64,000 nucleotides of DNA, from the NCBI GenBank assembly GCA_049602055.1, contig JBMYRG010000019.1:1076-65075 (forward strand). The letters run 5' to 3'. This document shows, piece by piece, positions 20,619-30,755 of the stretch. The position numbers were made by a program, and so were the translations under genes. The notes beneath the pieces are model-generated. The model searched no databases. It saw only the letters and a list, made by a program, of their open reading frames with translations, and was not told where the DNA came from. The DNA is from Alphaproteobacteria bacterium (GTDB lineage Bacteria; Pseudomonadota; Alphaproteobacteria; MPNO01; UBA2964). Within the stretch, counting starts at the first letter, position 1; every line of letters starts with the position of its first letter.

Positions 20619-21662
20619 ATGATCAAGAGTTTGACTCTACCCGTTACGGCAGGTGCCGTTGCGCTTGGGCTGGTGTTTGGTGGCCCTGCTGCTGCCCAGC
20701 AGGTGATATTAAAACTTCATTCATTCCTGCCGCCGCCGGCAAATCCAGTTAAGACTTTTCTGAAGCCGTGGATTGAAAAGGTGGCCAAGGCCTCAAACGG
20801 CACGCTGAAGGTTCAGTATTATCCGTCCATGCAGCTCGGTGGTAAGCCGCCGCAGCTCGCCGATCAGGTGAAGGATGGCGTCGTCGATATGGCCTACACC
20901 CTGCCGGGCTATACCGCAGGCCGTTTCCCCAAGCTGGAAGTTTTCGAACTGCCCTTCATTCACAAGAGCGCATTGTCGACTGCATTGGCTATCCAGGACT
21001 ACCAGGCCAAGCACCTGAAAGATGAATTCAAGGATTACCGCGTGATCCTTCTGCATAACCATGCGGGCTCCATGTTCATGACCAAGAAGGTCAAAATTCA
21101 AAAGGTGAGCGATCTCAAAGGTCTCAAAATCCGGACCGCGACCCGCGCAGGTGGCTGGTATCTGAAATCTCTTGGCGCGGTACCAATCGGTGCGCCTTTG
21201 CCGAAGATTCCGCAGATGCTGTCTAAAGGCGTTATTGAAGGCGCGATGTTGCCGTTTGAAATTGCGCCAGCGATTAAAATGCAGGAACTGGCGAGCAACT
21301 TTATTCAGCTGGCTGGTGATCAGCCGCGCATGAATACCTCGACCTTTGCCTTTCTGATGAACAAGAACAGCTACGCGAAGCTGTCGAATGCTCATAAAAA
21401 AGTTATTGATGGGCTGTCTGGTAAAAAAATCGCCAATTGGGCCGGCCAGAACTGGGACGATATTGAAGCACCCGGCGAAAAGGTCATGCGGTCAAAGAAG
21501 AAAAACAGCTTCCTGACCATCCCGGCTGGCGAAGTCGCCAAAATGAAAGAAGCCGCGAAACCGGCTATTGCGCGCTGGATCAGTATCATGAAGAAAAAGG
21601 GTGTCGATGGTGATCAGCTGATTGCCGATGCCCGCGCCATGATCGCGAAGTACCACAAATAG
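20619..21662 (+). CDS. dctP: TRAP transporter substrate-binding protein
   Basis: Signal peptide, YPSMQLGG, DLKGLKIRT; RBS before ATG 20619. Confidence 0.9.
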   Translation: MIKSLTLPVTAGAVALGLVFGGPAAAQQVILKLHSFLPPPANPVKTFLKPWIEKVAKASNGTLKVQYYPSMQLGGKPPQLADQVKDGVVDMAYTLPGYTAGRFPKLEVFELPFIHKSALSTALAIQDYQAKHLKDEFKDYRVILLHNHAGSMFMTKKVKIQKVSDLKGLKIRTATRAGGWYLKSLGAVPIGAPLPKIPQMLSKGVIEGAMLPFEIAPAIKMQELASNFIQLAGDQPRMNTSTFAFLMNKNSYAKLSNAHKKVIDGLSGKKIANWAGQNWDDIEAPGEKVMRSKKKNSFLTIPAGEVAKMKEAAKPAIARWISIMKKKGVDGDQLIADARAMIAKYHK

Positions 21663-21689
21663 GTTGCCGCTGCGATCTAGTAGTTCGTA

Positions 21690-22223
21690 ATGGCTGAAGC
21701 GTCGTTAGAACAGTACACCCGGCCCACTGATCCAGTGGGTCGGGTTTTGTTTCAAATATCGCGTGCGTTTGCGATTTTTGGCGGCTTTGTGCTGTGCGCC
21801 ATGGCCGTCTTGACGACGGTGAGTGTCACCGGCCGCTCGACCATTAGCTTGCCTGTCACAGGTGATTTTGAATTGATCGCGATTGGCACCGGTGTCGCGG
21901 TATTTGCCTTTTTGCCCTATTGCCAGCTGGTTCGCGAGAACGTCATCGTCGATATCTTTATGAGTCGGGCGTCGTTCAAGGCACGGACCATCTGCGACCT
22001 TGTTGGTAATTTTCTTTATGTCGTAATTATTATGCTGATGCTCTGGCGGTTGCCGCTGGGTGGTATGGAGCTCTATGAAAATGACCAGATGACGCTGGTA
22101 CTGGAAGTGCCGCAATGGTGGACCTTCCCCCTGGCCATCCTGTGTCTGATCCTGTTGCTGGTCGTCAATATTTACACTGTGGTGCGGAGCTATCGAGAAA
22201 TCCGCATGAACCGGACACTATAG
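21690..22223 (+). CDS. dctQ: TRAP transporter small permease
   Basis: Four TM helices, SVTGR..GDFEL; lies between dctP and dctM. Confidence 0.9.
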   Translation: MAEASLEQYTRPTDPVGRVLFQISRAFAIFGGFVLCAMAVLTTVSVTGRSTISLPVTGDFELIAIGTGVAVFAFLPYCQLVRENVIVDIFMSRASFKARTICDLVGNFLYVVIIMLMLWRLPLGGMELYENDQMTLVLEVPQWWTFPLAILCLILLLVVNIYTVVRSYREIRMNRTL

Positions 22224-22232
22224 GAAAATCTG

Positions 22233-23558
22233 ATGTCAGGTTTGGAAATTGGCGGTCTCGGCTTCATCGTTCTTCTGCTCATGCTGGCGCTGCGCATTCC
22301 CATCGCTGTCGCCATGCTTTCTGTCGGACTGGTTGGCTATTTCGTTATCGCGGGACCAGCCGCGCTCCTGAGCTATCTCAAGGGCGAGATGTACTGGCGC
22401 TTTACAACATTTGATCTCTCGGTTGTGCCGCTTTTTGTTCTGATGGGTCAGTTCGCCGCCAAGGCAGGGCTTAGCCAGGCTTTGTTCAAGGCCGCCAATG
22501 TATGGCTTGGTCATTATCGTGGCGGCATCGCGATGGCAGCCGTTGGAGGCTGTGGCGGGTTTGGGGCGATCAGCGGCTCCTCCTTGGCGACGGCGGCGAC
22601 GATGGGGCAGGTCGCGCTGCCGGAGCTCAAGCGCTACAACTATGCGGGATCGCTGGCGACTGGCGCGCTGGCGGCTGGTGGCACGCTTGGCATTCTCATC
22701 CCGCCCTCAGTCGTATTGATTATTTACGCGATCATGGTCGAGGCCAATATCGTCACCCTGTTCCAGGCGGCGTTTATCCCCGGCATTCTTGCTGCCCTCG
22801 GCTATATGGCGGCGATTGCCATCGTTGTCCGGATCAATCCCGAAGCGGGGCCGGCAGGCCCCAAGGCCTCCCGGCGTGAACAGTTTCTGGCGCTGCTCGA
22901 TATCTGGCCGGTGCTGGTTATTTTTATGCTCGTCATGGGCGGTATCTATCTCGGTTTCTTTACCCCGACCGAAGGGGCCGGGGTCGGTTCCGTTGGCACC
23001 TTCCTGATTGCCCTGTCGCGGGGCGGGATGAAGTTCAAGGACTTCATCGACGCGTTGATGAGCACGGCGACAACCACAGCGCTGATCTTTCTCATCCTGC
23101 TCGGCGCAGCGGTATTCAATGCTTTTCTCGGCTTCTCTCAACTGCCACTGGCGGCGGCTAATTTCTTCAAGGAATCCGGCCTGTCACCAATGACTGTTTT
23201 GTTGATGATGGTGGTGCTGTTCATCATGCTTGGCTTTGTCATGGATTCGCTCTCGATGATCCTGCTGACCGTGCCGATCTTCTGGCCGATCATCGCGGTG
23301 CTCGATTTCGGGCTTCAGCCCGAAGACCTCAAGCTGTGGTTTGGGATTATCACGCTGATTGTGGTGGAGGTCGGGCTGATAACCCCGCCGGTGGGGCTCA
23401 ACGTCTTCGTCATCAATTCAATGGCCAAGGACGTGCCAATGATCGAGACCTTCAAGGGTGTTGTGCCGTTTTTTGTCTCGGATGGTATTCGCGTCGCGTT
23501 TATTATCTTCTTCCCGGCCATTACGTTGATCCTGCCGCGCTTACTCGCGAGCGAGTGA
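22233..23558 (+). CDS. dctM: TRAP transporter large permease
   Basis: GGTLGILIPPS, FTPTEGA, GLITPPVGLN. Confidence 0.92.
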   Translation: MSGLEIGGLGFIVLLLMLALRIPIAVAMLSVGLVGYFVIAGPAALLSYLKGEMYWRFTTFDLSVVPLFVLMGQFAAKAGLSQALFKAANVWLGHYRGGIAMAAVGGCGGFGAISGSSLATAATMGQVALPELKRYNYAGSLATGALAAGGTLGILIPPSVVLIIYAIMVEANIVTLFQAAFIPGILAALGYMAAIAIVVRINPEAGPAGPKASRREQFLALLDIWPVLVIFMLVMGGIYLGFFTPTEGAGVGSVGTFLIALSRGGMKFKDFIDALMSTATTTALIFLILLGAAVFNAFLGFSQLPLAAANFFKESGLSPMTVLLMMVVLFIMLGFVMDSLSMILLTVPIFWPIIAVLDFGLQPEDLKLWFGIITLIVVEVGLITPPVGLNVFVINSMAKDVPMIETFKGVVPFFVSDGIRVAFIIFFPAITLILPRLLASE

Positions 23559-24491
23559 TACATCCCCAAATCCGCCATCCTTGATCATTTTATTGATCTC
23601 GTCATGGACCAGGCGGGTTAGTTCAATCACTGCCGGTGTTGGTGTGCGGTCGGCGCGATGGACCAGCGTTCGGGTAATCGTTAGCCCGTCAATCGGCACG
23701 GCCTGATAGCGGCCTTCCTTGATCCCCGGGGTAATTGACGAGTAGGGCAGGATGCCATAGCCCAGCCCGCGTTCGACGAAATCTTTTACCACATCGACAT
23801 TGGCGACTTCATGGGTGACGTCAAAGGTGATCCCGGCCTGGCCCGCCATGCGGTCTAGCTTGACGCGGCTGCCGGCCGGGCGTGGCAACAGGATCAGCGG
23901 CAGCCCGGCGAGATTTTCAACTGTGCAGACCGGCCCCGGCATATTCGCCTTGTTGGTGCCAATGAGATATTCCTGCTCGGTGACCAGCGGCTCAAGCACC
24001 AGACTGGCGCGTGGCTCAGGGTCGACCATCACAGCCAGATCGATGTCACCGGTATCGAGTCCTTCGAGGAGCAGATAGGGCACGCCTTCAACAAAGCGCA
24101 GCCGGACATTTGGATAGTCCTGGGCAAAGCGCGCGGCGAGGGGGCCATAGAGGATACGGCTGGTGGTCGACGTCGTGCCGATAACCGCGCCACCGCTGGG
24201 CAGGGCGGCTTGCGCCATGACCTCGGTGCGGGCCTCCTCAAGCTCCGCCATGATTCGTTTTGTCCGGGTCAGGAGGAGCGATCCGGAATAGGTAATATCG
24301 ATACCGCGCGGGTGTCTGTCGAACAGTTGAACGCCGAGTTCCTTCTCCAGGGCCAGCATATGTCGGCTCAAAGCGGACTGCGCAACCCGCAGACGGGCCG
24401 AGGCCTCACTAAAACTGCCAAACTCGGCAATTGCCGCGAAATATCTCAATTGGCGAAGGTCCACCGAAAAAATCCCTCTCTGGGAGTCCAA
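23541..24491 (-). CDS. LysR-family transcriptional regulator (Nac-like)
   Basis: DLRQLRYF..GSFSEAS..VAQSALSR HTH; divergent from the UbiD cluster. Confidence 0.92.
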   Translation of the reverse strand: MDSQRGIFSVDLRQLRYFAAIAEFGSFSEASARLRVAQSALSRHMLALEKELGVQLFDRHPRGIDITYSGSLLLTRTKRIMAELEEARTEVMAQAALPSGGAVIGTTSTTSRILYGPLAARFAQDYPNVRLRFVEGVPYLLLEGLDTGDIDLAVMVDPEPRASLVLEPLVTEQEYLIGTNKANMPGPVCTVENLAGLPLILLPRPAGSRVKLDRMAGQAGITFDVTHEVANVDVVKDFVERGLGYGILPYSSITPGIKEGRYQAVPIDGLTITRTLVHRADRTPTPAVIELTRLVHDEINKMIKDGGFGDVSLARE

Positions 24492-24510
24492 ATAAGCCCT
24501 TAAAAGCGCT

Positions 24511-24535
24511 TAGCTATCTCAATTTGGCATAACTA
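24511..24535. promoter_or_regulatory. LysR T-N11-A recognition site
   Basis: TAGCTAT-N11-ATAACTA inverted repeat in the divergent intergenic region. Confidence 0.6.
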
Positions 24536-24660
24536 TAATATCGAGACGGTATTTGTATCAAGCGCCGCAGAGTCTGTAGGTTAACCGCAGTGTGCAGCAC
24601 AAGGGCTGCAGCAGAACCGTGCCAAGGGTGCGGGGATTTCTCACTAGGGAGATATTATAC

Positions 24661-26181
24661 ATGGCAGATAATACAGCCACAGCCGTCGACGCAGGATCAA
24701 ACGTCGGCGCCCGCATGACCTACGAGGACATGCGCGAATGGATCGTGGAGGCCGAAAAACTCGGCGAACTCCGCGTCGTTAAGGGAGCCAGCTGGGAAGA
24801 AGACATCGGCCTCGCCGCCGAAGTTGTCCAGCATGACGAAAGCGCTCCTTGCATCGTCTTTGATGACGTTCCTGGTTGCCCCCCGGGTTTCCGGATGCTC
24901 ATCAACTTCTTCGCCGGCAAGCGCAAATGCATGACGATGGGCTTCCCCACTGAATGGGACAAGCTTGAGCTTACCGACGGTGTGCACAAGCACATGAAGG
25001 GTGTTGAATCGATCCCGCATAAGATCGTTGAGACCGGTTCTGTGTTTGAGAACATTCTTGAAGGCGATGACATCGACATCGAGAAGTTCCCCGCGCCGAT
25101 GTGGCATGACAAGGACGGTGGCCGTTATATCGGTACTGGTTCTTACAACGTCACCCGCGACCCTGACACCAACTGGATCAATCTCGGTACCTACCGCGTC
25201 ATGATCCAGGGCAAGAAAGAAGTCGGGTTCTACATCTCACCTGGCAAGCATGGCAGGATCCATCGCGACAAGTACGAAGCCAATAACGAGCCCATGCCGG
25301 CTTGTGTTGTGCTTGGTGGCGATCCGATGGCGTTCCTGATGGGCTGCACTGAATTGCCCCCGGGAGAATGTGAATATGACATTCTCGGTGGCTATCGCGG
25401 TCACGCTCTGGAATGTGTTGAAGGCAAGCACACCGGACTTCCTTTCCCGGCCAATGCCGAGGTGGTTATTGAAGGCTTCATTATGCCGAACAACCGCCGT
25501 CAGGAAGGCCCGTTTGGCGAGTGGACCGGTTATTATGGTTCTGACGTTCGTCCTGAGCCGATCCTCGACATCAAGGCGATCTATCACCGGAACGACCCCA
25601 TCATCCTTGGGTGTCCTCCGCTGCGTCCGCCGGATGAGCTGGCCCGCTACCGTGCGGTTACCCGTTCGGCTGCGCTGAAGGAAAACATCGAAAAAGCCGG
25701 TGTTCCCGATGTAACAGGCGTTTGGGCCCACGAATGTGGTACCGCCCGTATGTTGCTGGGTATTTCCATCAAACAGCGTTATCCCGGTCATTCCATGCAG
25801 ACCGGTCACGTTGCCGCTATGTGCCATGCTGGTGCCTATGCCGGTAAGTACGTGATCGTTGTGGATGACGACGTCGATGTCTCCAATCTCGAAGAGCTGA
25901 TGTGGGCGTGTATTACGCGCTCCGATCCAGCAACCTCGATCGACATCATCCACAATTGCTGGTCTACGCCGCTTGATCCACGAATTCCGCCGGAAGAGCG
26001 TGCCAAGGGCAACCTGACCAACAGCCGCGCGATTATCGATGCGTGCCGTCCGTTCCACTGGAAGGACGAATTCCCGGCAGTCAACTCGCCGGAACCGGCT
26101 GTGATGAAAGAAGCCTATGAGAAGTGGGGTCACCTCTGTGATCCGGTAACGCCTGAGAACCAGGTTGTCACCAAGAAGTAA
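24661..26181 (+). CDS. UbiD-family decarboxylase (paralog 1)
   Basis: NLGTYR, SPGKHG, EGPFGEWTGYY, VVDDDVD, IIDACRP; RBS before ATG 24661. Confidence 0.92.
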   Translation: MADNTATAVDAGSNVGARMTYEDMREWIVEAEKLGELRVVKGASWEEDIGLAAEVVQHDESAPCIVFDDVPGCPPGFRMLINFFAGKRKCMTMGFPTEWDKLELTDGVHKHMKGVESIPHKIVETGSVFENILEGDDIDIEKFPAPMWHDKDGGRYIGTGSYNVTRDPDTNWINLGTYRVMIQGKKEVGFYISPGKHGRIHRDKYEANNEPMPACVVLGGDPMAFLMGCTELPPGECEYDILGGYRGHALECVEGKHTGLPFPANAEVVIEGFIMPNNRRQEGPFGEWTGYYGSDVRPEPILDIKAIYHRNDPIILGCPPLRPPDELARYRAVTRSAALKENIEKAGVPDVTGVWAHECGTARMLLGISIKQRYPGHSMQTGHVAAMCHAGAYAGKYVIVVDDDVDVSNLEELMWACITRSDPATSIDIIHNCWSTPLDPRIPPEERAKGNLTNSRAIIDACRPFHWKDEFPAVNSPEPAVMKEAYEKWGHLCDPVTPENQVVTKK

Positions 26182-26205
26182 CCACCTTTTAGGTTAGCGT
26201 TTGAG

Positions 26206-26240
26206 AGCGGCCATCGTGCAACAGCACGGTGGCCGTTTTC
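26206..26240 (+). terminator. Stem-loop/terminator after UbiD paralog 1
   Basis: AGCGGCCATCGTGC-AACA-GCACGGTGGCCGTT followed by TTC. Confidence 0.65.
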
Positions 26241-26309
26241 GTTTCTTCCCATTCAGGAATTCCTGCCATACGCTTCCTGTCAGAGATACCAGACAGGTGA
26301 GGCTGTACG

Positions 26310-27482
26310 ATGCTGAGTGCAGAAGACAATCAGATGTTAACCGAGGTCGGGGCGAGCACGCCCTGTGGCGAGATGTTGCGGCGCTACTGGTGGCCGGTCG
26401 CGGTATCGGCGGACATCAGCGCGGCGCCCGTGCTCGTCAAACTGCTCGGCGAGGAAGCTGTTCTGTTCCGTGATGGGTCGGGCGCGCTGGGGCTGCTCGA
26501 GAAGCATTGCGCGCATCGTGGCGCATCGCTGGAGTTCGGCCGGGTTGAGGAAGACGGGCTACGCTGCTGCTATCATGGCTGGCTGTATGATCGCGCCGGC
26601 ACATGTCTTGATCAGCCGTGCGAACCACCCGAGAGCAATTTCAAAGACCGGGTCCGCCAGCCCGCCTTTCCGGTTCATGAAGTGTCGGGGCTGGTCTTTG
26701 CCTATCTTGGCCCGTTACCAGCGCCAAGCTTTCCCAGGATCGATCTGCTTTATCGTGATGACTGCAACAAGACGGTCTATGGCCGCGACATGCAGTGCAA
26801 CTGGCTGCAGCGTGCTGAAAACATGCTTGATCTGATGCATGTCAATGTCCTGCATGCCAGCCTCTATCCGGAATTGGCCCTGACCCGTCCCACCACCCAT
26901 GAATGGGCGGAGCGGTGGTACGGTGTCCAGATGGATTTGACCTACCCGAATGGTGTCGAGGACCGGCATCATTTCGTGTTTCCGTTTATCAATCGCGTAC
27001 AGGTGGTGCGCGCCGGGCAGGAACCGTTCCAGTTCATGCAGTGGGTGACACCGATTGATGACACGCGCTGTATCTCCTATCAGGTCTGGGCATCGGAGCT
27101 GGAAGAAGGCCCTTATGAATTACAGACTGGCAAGTTCCAGCCAACGACCCGTGGCGAGATCAAACGTATTGACGATGGCTGGTGGAATATCTGGGAACGC
27201 GATCAGGACGATGCGGCGGTTGATAGCCAGGGGGTCGTCGCCAATCGGACACGGGAGAATCTCGGCAGTTCGGATCGTGGGATCACCATGCTGCGAAAAA
27301 TGATCCGTGAGGCCATAGAAGCCGTGCAACAGGGCGATGATCCGCGCGGGGTTTTACGCGATGACGATCATGAGATTATTGATCTTTACGCCTACAAGAC
27401 CGAGCTCGGCGCTGTCGCCGGGCAGGTACGCGCTCCCGGCGTTGGCAGGAAGCTGGGGATTGTTCAGCCGTTTGATCTCTAG
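26310..27482 (+). CDS. Rieske oxygenase alpha subunit (phthalate 4,5-dioxygenase/LigX-like)
   Basis: LRRYWWP, CAHRG..CCYHGW Rieske motif, ENMLDLMHVNVLH Fe site, ENLGSSDRG. Confidence 0.88.
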   Translation: MLSAEDNQMLTEVGASTPCGEMLRRYWWPVAVSADISAAPVLVKLLGEEAVLFRDGSGALGLLEKHCAHRGASLEFGRVEEDGLRCCYHGWLYDRAGTCLDQPCEPPESNFKDRVRQPAFPVHEVSGLVFAYLGPLPAPSFPRIDLLYRDDCNKTVYGRDMQCNWLQRAENMLDLMHVNVLHASLYPELALTRPTTHEWAERWYGVQMDLTYPNGVEDRHHFVFPFINRVQVVRAGQEPFQFMQWVTPIDDTRCISYQVWASELEEGPYELQTGKFQPTTRGEIKRIDDGWWNIWERDQDDAAVDSQGVVANRTRENLGSSDRGITMLRKMIREAIEAVQQGDDPRGVLRDDDHEIIDLYAYKTELGAVAGQVRAPGVGRKLGIVQPFDL

Positions 27483-27577
27483 CCGATGGCGATTTTGCGG
27501 GCGCAGCCCCGCCCACTGGTGCGCCCCGTCCAAACACGATAAAACAATCCCTAAACAAGAATATTGGGGACGGTTCG

Positions 27578-29068
27578 ATGAGTGATCCATCTGCTTCAGC
27601 GGAAATCGTGGAGTCCGGCGACAACGCCGCCTGCGCGCTTGAATATGTCGATCTGCGGGACTGGCTGGCTGAGGTCGAAAAGCGGGGCGACCTTAAAGTT
27701 GTCACCGGGGCGAGCTGGGAAAAGGATATTGGCCAGGTCGTCGAGGTCATGTGCCATGACGAGGGCACGCCGAGCGTGGTGTTTGACGAGGTCGAAGGCT
27801 GCCCCAAGGGGTTCCGCATCCTGGTCAATTGGTTCACCGGCACGCGCAAGAATTTGACGCTCGGGTTTCCGTCCAGTCTCAACAAGCTGGAGCTTAGCCA
27901 GTCCTATCACCAGCACACCAAGAATCTTGATCCGATCCAGCATGAGATCGTCGAGGATGGACCGGTGTTTGAGAATATTCTTGAAGGCGACGATATCGAC
28001 ATCACCAAATTTCCGTCGCCATTGTGGAACCCGGCGGATGGCGGGCGCTATATCGGTACCGGCTGTTTCAATATTACCCGCGACCCGGAAACCGGCTGGA
28101 TCAATTGCGGCACCTATCGTGTCATGGTGCATGATAAAAAGCGGGTCGGTCTCTATATCTCCCCCGGCAAGCATGGCCGTATCCACCGCGATAAATATAT
28201 GGCCAAGGGCGAACCGATGCCGGTCTGTATCGTGGTTGGCAGTGATCCGCTGTCTTTCCTGTCGTCTTCGACGGAAGCGCCGGAAGGCATGTGCGAGTTG
28301 GATATGATGGGCGCCTATCGCGGCGAAGCGATTAAATGTGTCACTGGCAAACATACCGGGCTGCCATTCCCGGCCAATTCCGAGATTGTCATCGAAGGAT
28401 TTATTCATCCCGGCAACACCGCGCCGGAAGGGCCCTTCGGCGAATGGCTGGGCTATCAGGGCGCCGAGATGGAAGCCGAACCGTGGGTCGATATTGCCGC
28501 GGTCTATCACCGCAATGATCCGATCATGCTCGGCGCGGCCCATATCCGCATGCCCTATGAATATGCCCGCTATCGGGCGATCAGCCGCTCGGCGGTGTTG
28601 AAAGAAAATATCGCCCGCGCCGGGGTGCCGGATGTCGATAATGTCTGGGCGCATGAGGTTGGCGGCTCACGGCTGTTTCTCGCGATTGGTATCAAGCAGC
28701 GCTATCCCGGCCATTCGACACAGGCCGGACAGATCGCCGCGACCTGTCATGCCGGGGCGTATCTTGGGCGATTGGTCGTCGTGGTGGATGAAGATGTCGA
28801 TGTTTCAAACCTCGAAGAGGTAATCTGGGCGGTCTGTACACGCTGCGATCCGGCCACGGGGATCGATATTATTCATAATATGTGGTCATCGGCCCTCGAT
28901 CCGGTGATTTCTCCTGATGACCGCAGGGCAGGAAAGCTCTATAACAGTCGGGCAATTATCGATGCCTGCCGGCCGTTTCACTGGAAAGACGAATTCCAAG
29001 AGGTAAACGCCCCAACCCCAGAGGCCCGCCGCGAGGCATGGGACAAATGGGGGCATCTCAGAGATTGA
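27578..29068 (+). CDS. UbiD-family decarboxylase (paralog 2, close to paralog 1)
   Basis: NCGTYR, SPGKHG, EGPFGEWLGY, NSRAIIDACRPFHWKDEF. Confidence 0.92.
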   Translation: MSDPSASAEIVESGDNAACALEYVDLRDWLAEVEKRGDLKVVTGASWEKDIGQVVEVMCHDEGTPSVVFDEVEGCPKGFRILVNWFTGTRKNLTLGFPSSLNKLELSQSYHQHTKNLDPIQHEIVEDGPVFENILEGDDIDITKFPSPLWNPADGGRYIGTGCFNITRDPETGWINCGTYRVMVHDKKRVGLYISPGKHGRIHRDKYMAKGEPMPVCIVVGSDPLSFLSSSTEAPEGMCELDMMGAYRGEAIKCVTGKHTGLPFPANSEIVIEGFIHPGNTAPEGPFGEWLGYQGAEMEAEPWVDIAAVYHRNDPIMLGAAHIRMPYEYARYRAISRSAVLKENIARAGVPDVDNVWAHEVGGSRLFLAIGIKQRYPGHSTQAGQIAATCHAGAYLGRLVVVVDEDVDVSNLEEVIWAVCTRCDPATGIDIIHNMWSSALDPVISPDDRRAGKLYNSRAIIDACRPFHWKDEFQEVNAPTPEARREAWDKWGHLRD

Positions 29069-29149
29069 CGAAAACACCGGCCTTCAGCAGGGCCGGCAAG
29101 CTATATATTTGTTTAAAAATACGATGTTGTATAACAGAGGAGACTAAAA

Positions 29150-30604
29150 ATGGACGGTGGAAGAGAGAATTTTAGCCCACAGACTGATTTGCGCGATTTT
29201 CTCGCGGCGTGCGAAGAAAACGGCCAGCTTGAGAAAGTAGACGGCGCACATTGGGACAAGGAAATGGGTGCGGTCGTCGAGGTGCTCTATCGTGAGCGCG
29301 TCGAAAAAGCCAAAGCGGTCCTGTTTGACAATATCCCGGGCTATCCGGAAGGCTATCGTTGCCTATATGGCATGCTGGCCTCGCCATATCGCCTGGCGCT
29401 CGCTGTCGGCATGGATACCGAACTTCACGATGACCGGTTTGCTTTGCTCAAGGCCTATCGCGAGAAGATGTTCAACCATGAACCCATTCCGCCGCGCTAT
29501 GTCGATGACGGGCCGGTTCTTGAGAATATCATCGAAGGCGATGATATCGACATTGAAAAGACGGTTCCCGTGCCAATTCATCATGAGCTGGATGGTGGCC
29601 GTTACATCGGGACCGCCTGCGGCGTTATCACCCGCGACCCCGATAATGGCCGGGTCAATTCCGGTACCTATCGCTGCATGGTACATGATGGCCAGACACT
29701 CGGTGTCATGGCGTCAAACGGCAAGCAGGGCAACATCCAGCGCGCCAAATATTTCGCCAAGGGTGAGCCTTGCCCGGTGACGGTTGTGGTTGGTGTTGAT
29801 CCGACCCACTTCCTCGCCGCTCGCATGACCATTCCTGATGATATTGAAGAGTTTGCCTTCCAGGGCGGTCTCGCTGGCAAGCCGATTGATTTGATCACCG
29901 GTGATAACGGTCTGCCATTCCCGGCCCATTCGGAAATCGTTATTGAAGGGTACCAGTATCCTGACGAAACCCGCCTCGAGGGACCATTCGGTGAATGGAC
30001 CGGTTACTATGCCGGTGACGCCGAGCAGGACCCGGTTTTCAAGATCACCAAGGTCTATCACCGGAATAATCCGATCCTGACCTGTGCTGCGAGCCAGAAG
30101 CCACCGCATTCGCATCTGTTCGAACGTTGCTTCACCCGCTCGGTGACGCTGCTTGAAGGATTGCAAAAGGCTGGCGTTCAGGATGTTCGCGGTGTCTGGC
30201 ATCATGAAGCCGGTTCCGGCCGTACCTTCGTGGTTGTGTCGATCAAACAGCGCTTCTATGGCCATGCCACACAGGCAGGCTTGATGGCGTCACAGCTTAA
30301 CCCGGCGACCTATTGTGGCCGCTATACGGTTGTTGTTGATGAGGATATCGAGGCCCATAACCTGCACGATGTCGTGTGGGCGATGGGTACGCGGTCCGAT
30401 CCCGAAAAGGACATCATCCATCTCAATCAATGCCAGTCATCGCGTCTTGACCCGATGCATGGCGAAGACACGCTCTACAACACGCGGGTGGTTATCAATG
30501 CCTGCCGTCCGTATGAGCGGATCGAAACCTTCCCGGCAGTCGCGCAGACATCGCCGGAACTTGCCGCGGAAGTTCGCAAGAAATTCCCGAAGGTTTTCGA
30601 ATAA
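29150..30604 (+). CDS. UbiD-family decarboxylase (paralog 3, more divergent)
   Basis: NSGTYR, SNGKQG, EGPFGEWTGYY, VVDEDI, INACRP. Confidence 0.92.
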   Translation: MDGGRENFSPQTDLRDFLAACEENGQLEKVDGAHWDKEMGAVVEVLYRERVEKAKAVLFDNIPGYPEGYRCLYGMLASPYRLALAVGMDTELHDDRFALLKAYREKMFNHEPIPPRYVDDGPVLENIIEGDDIDIEKTVPVPIHHELDGGRYIGTACGVITRDPDNGRVNSGTYRCMVHDGQTLGVMASNGKQGNIQRAKYFAKGEPCPVTVVVGVDPTHFLAARMTIPDDIEEFAFQGGLAGKPIDLITGDNGLPFPAHSEIVIEGYQYPDETRLEGPFGEWTGYYAGDAEQDPVFKITKVYHRNNPILTCAASQKPPHSHLFERCFTRSVTLLEGLQKAGVQDVRGVWHHEAGSGRTFVVVSIKQRFYGHATQAGLMASQLNPATYCGRYTVVVDEDIEAHNLHDVVWAMGTRSDPEKDIIHLNQCQSSRLDPMHGEDTLYNTRVVINACRPYERIETFPAVAQTSPELAAEVRKKFPKVFE

Positions 30605-30652
30605 GTCAGTTCAAATAAAGGCGTCGCTATCTAAATATCGATGAGATGAGAG

Positions 30653-30683
30653 AAAGGCTCCGCTTCGGCGGGGCCTTTTTTTT
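30653..30683 (+). terminator. Rho-independent terminator
   Basis: AAAGGCTCCGC-TTCG-GCGGGGCCTTT followed by a T-run. Confidence 0.9.
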
Positions 30684-30755
30684 ATAACCCTGGCGCAATT
30701 TCTTTATAACGCCAATTCATTTGTCAGCGCGGTTATGGCGCGGGTATCATGATGC

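Noticed and set aside
25237-28654. Long antisense ORFs (298 and 352 aa) opposite the UbiD genes; similar ones at 49631-50551 and 53956-54807
   Set aside because: Shadow frames produced by codon bias of well-supported sense genes; no motifs or RBS
24661-30604. UbiDs as the ubiquinone-biosynthesis ubiD
   Set aside because: Catabolic context, LysR control and divergent C-terminal motifs; no ubi genes nearby
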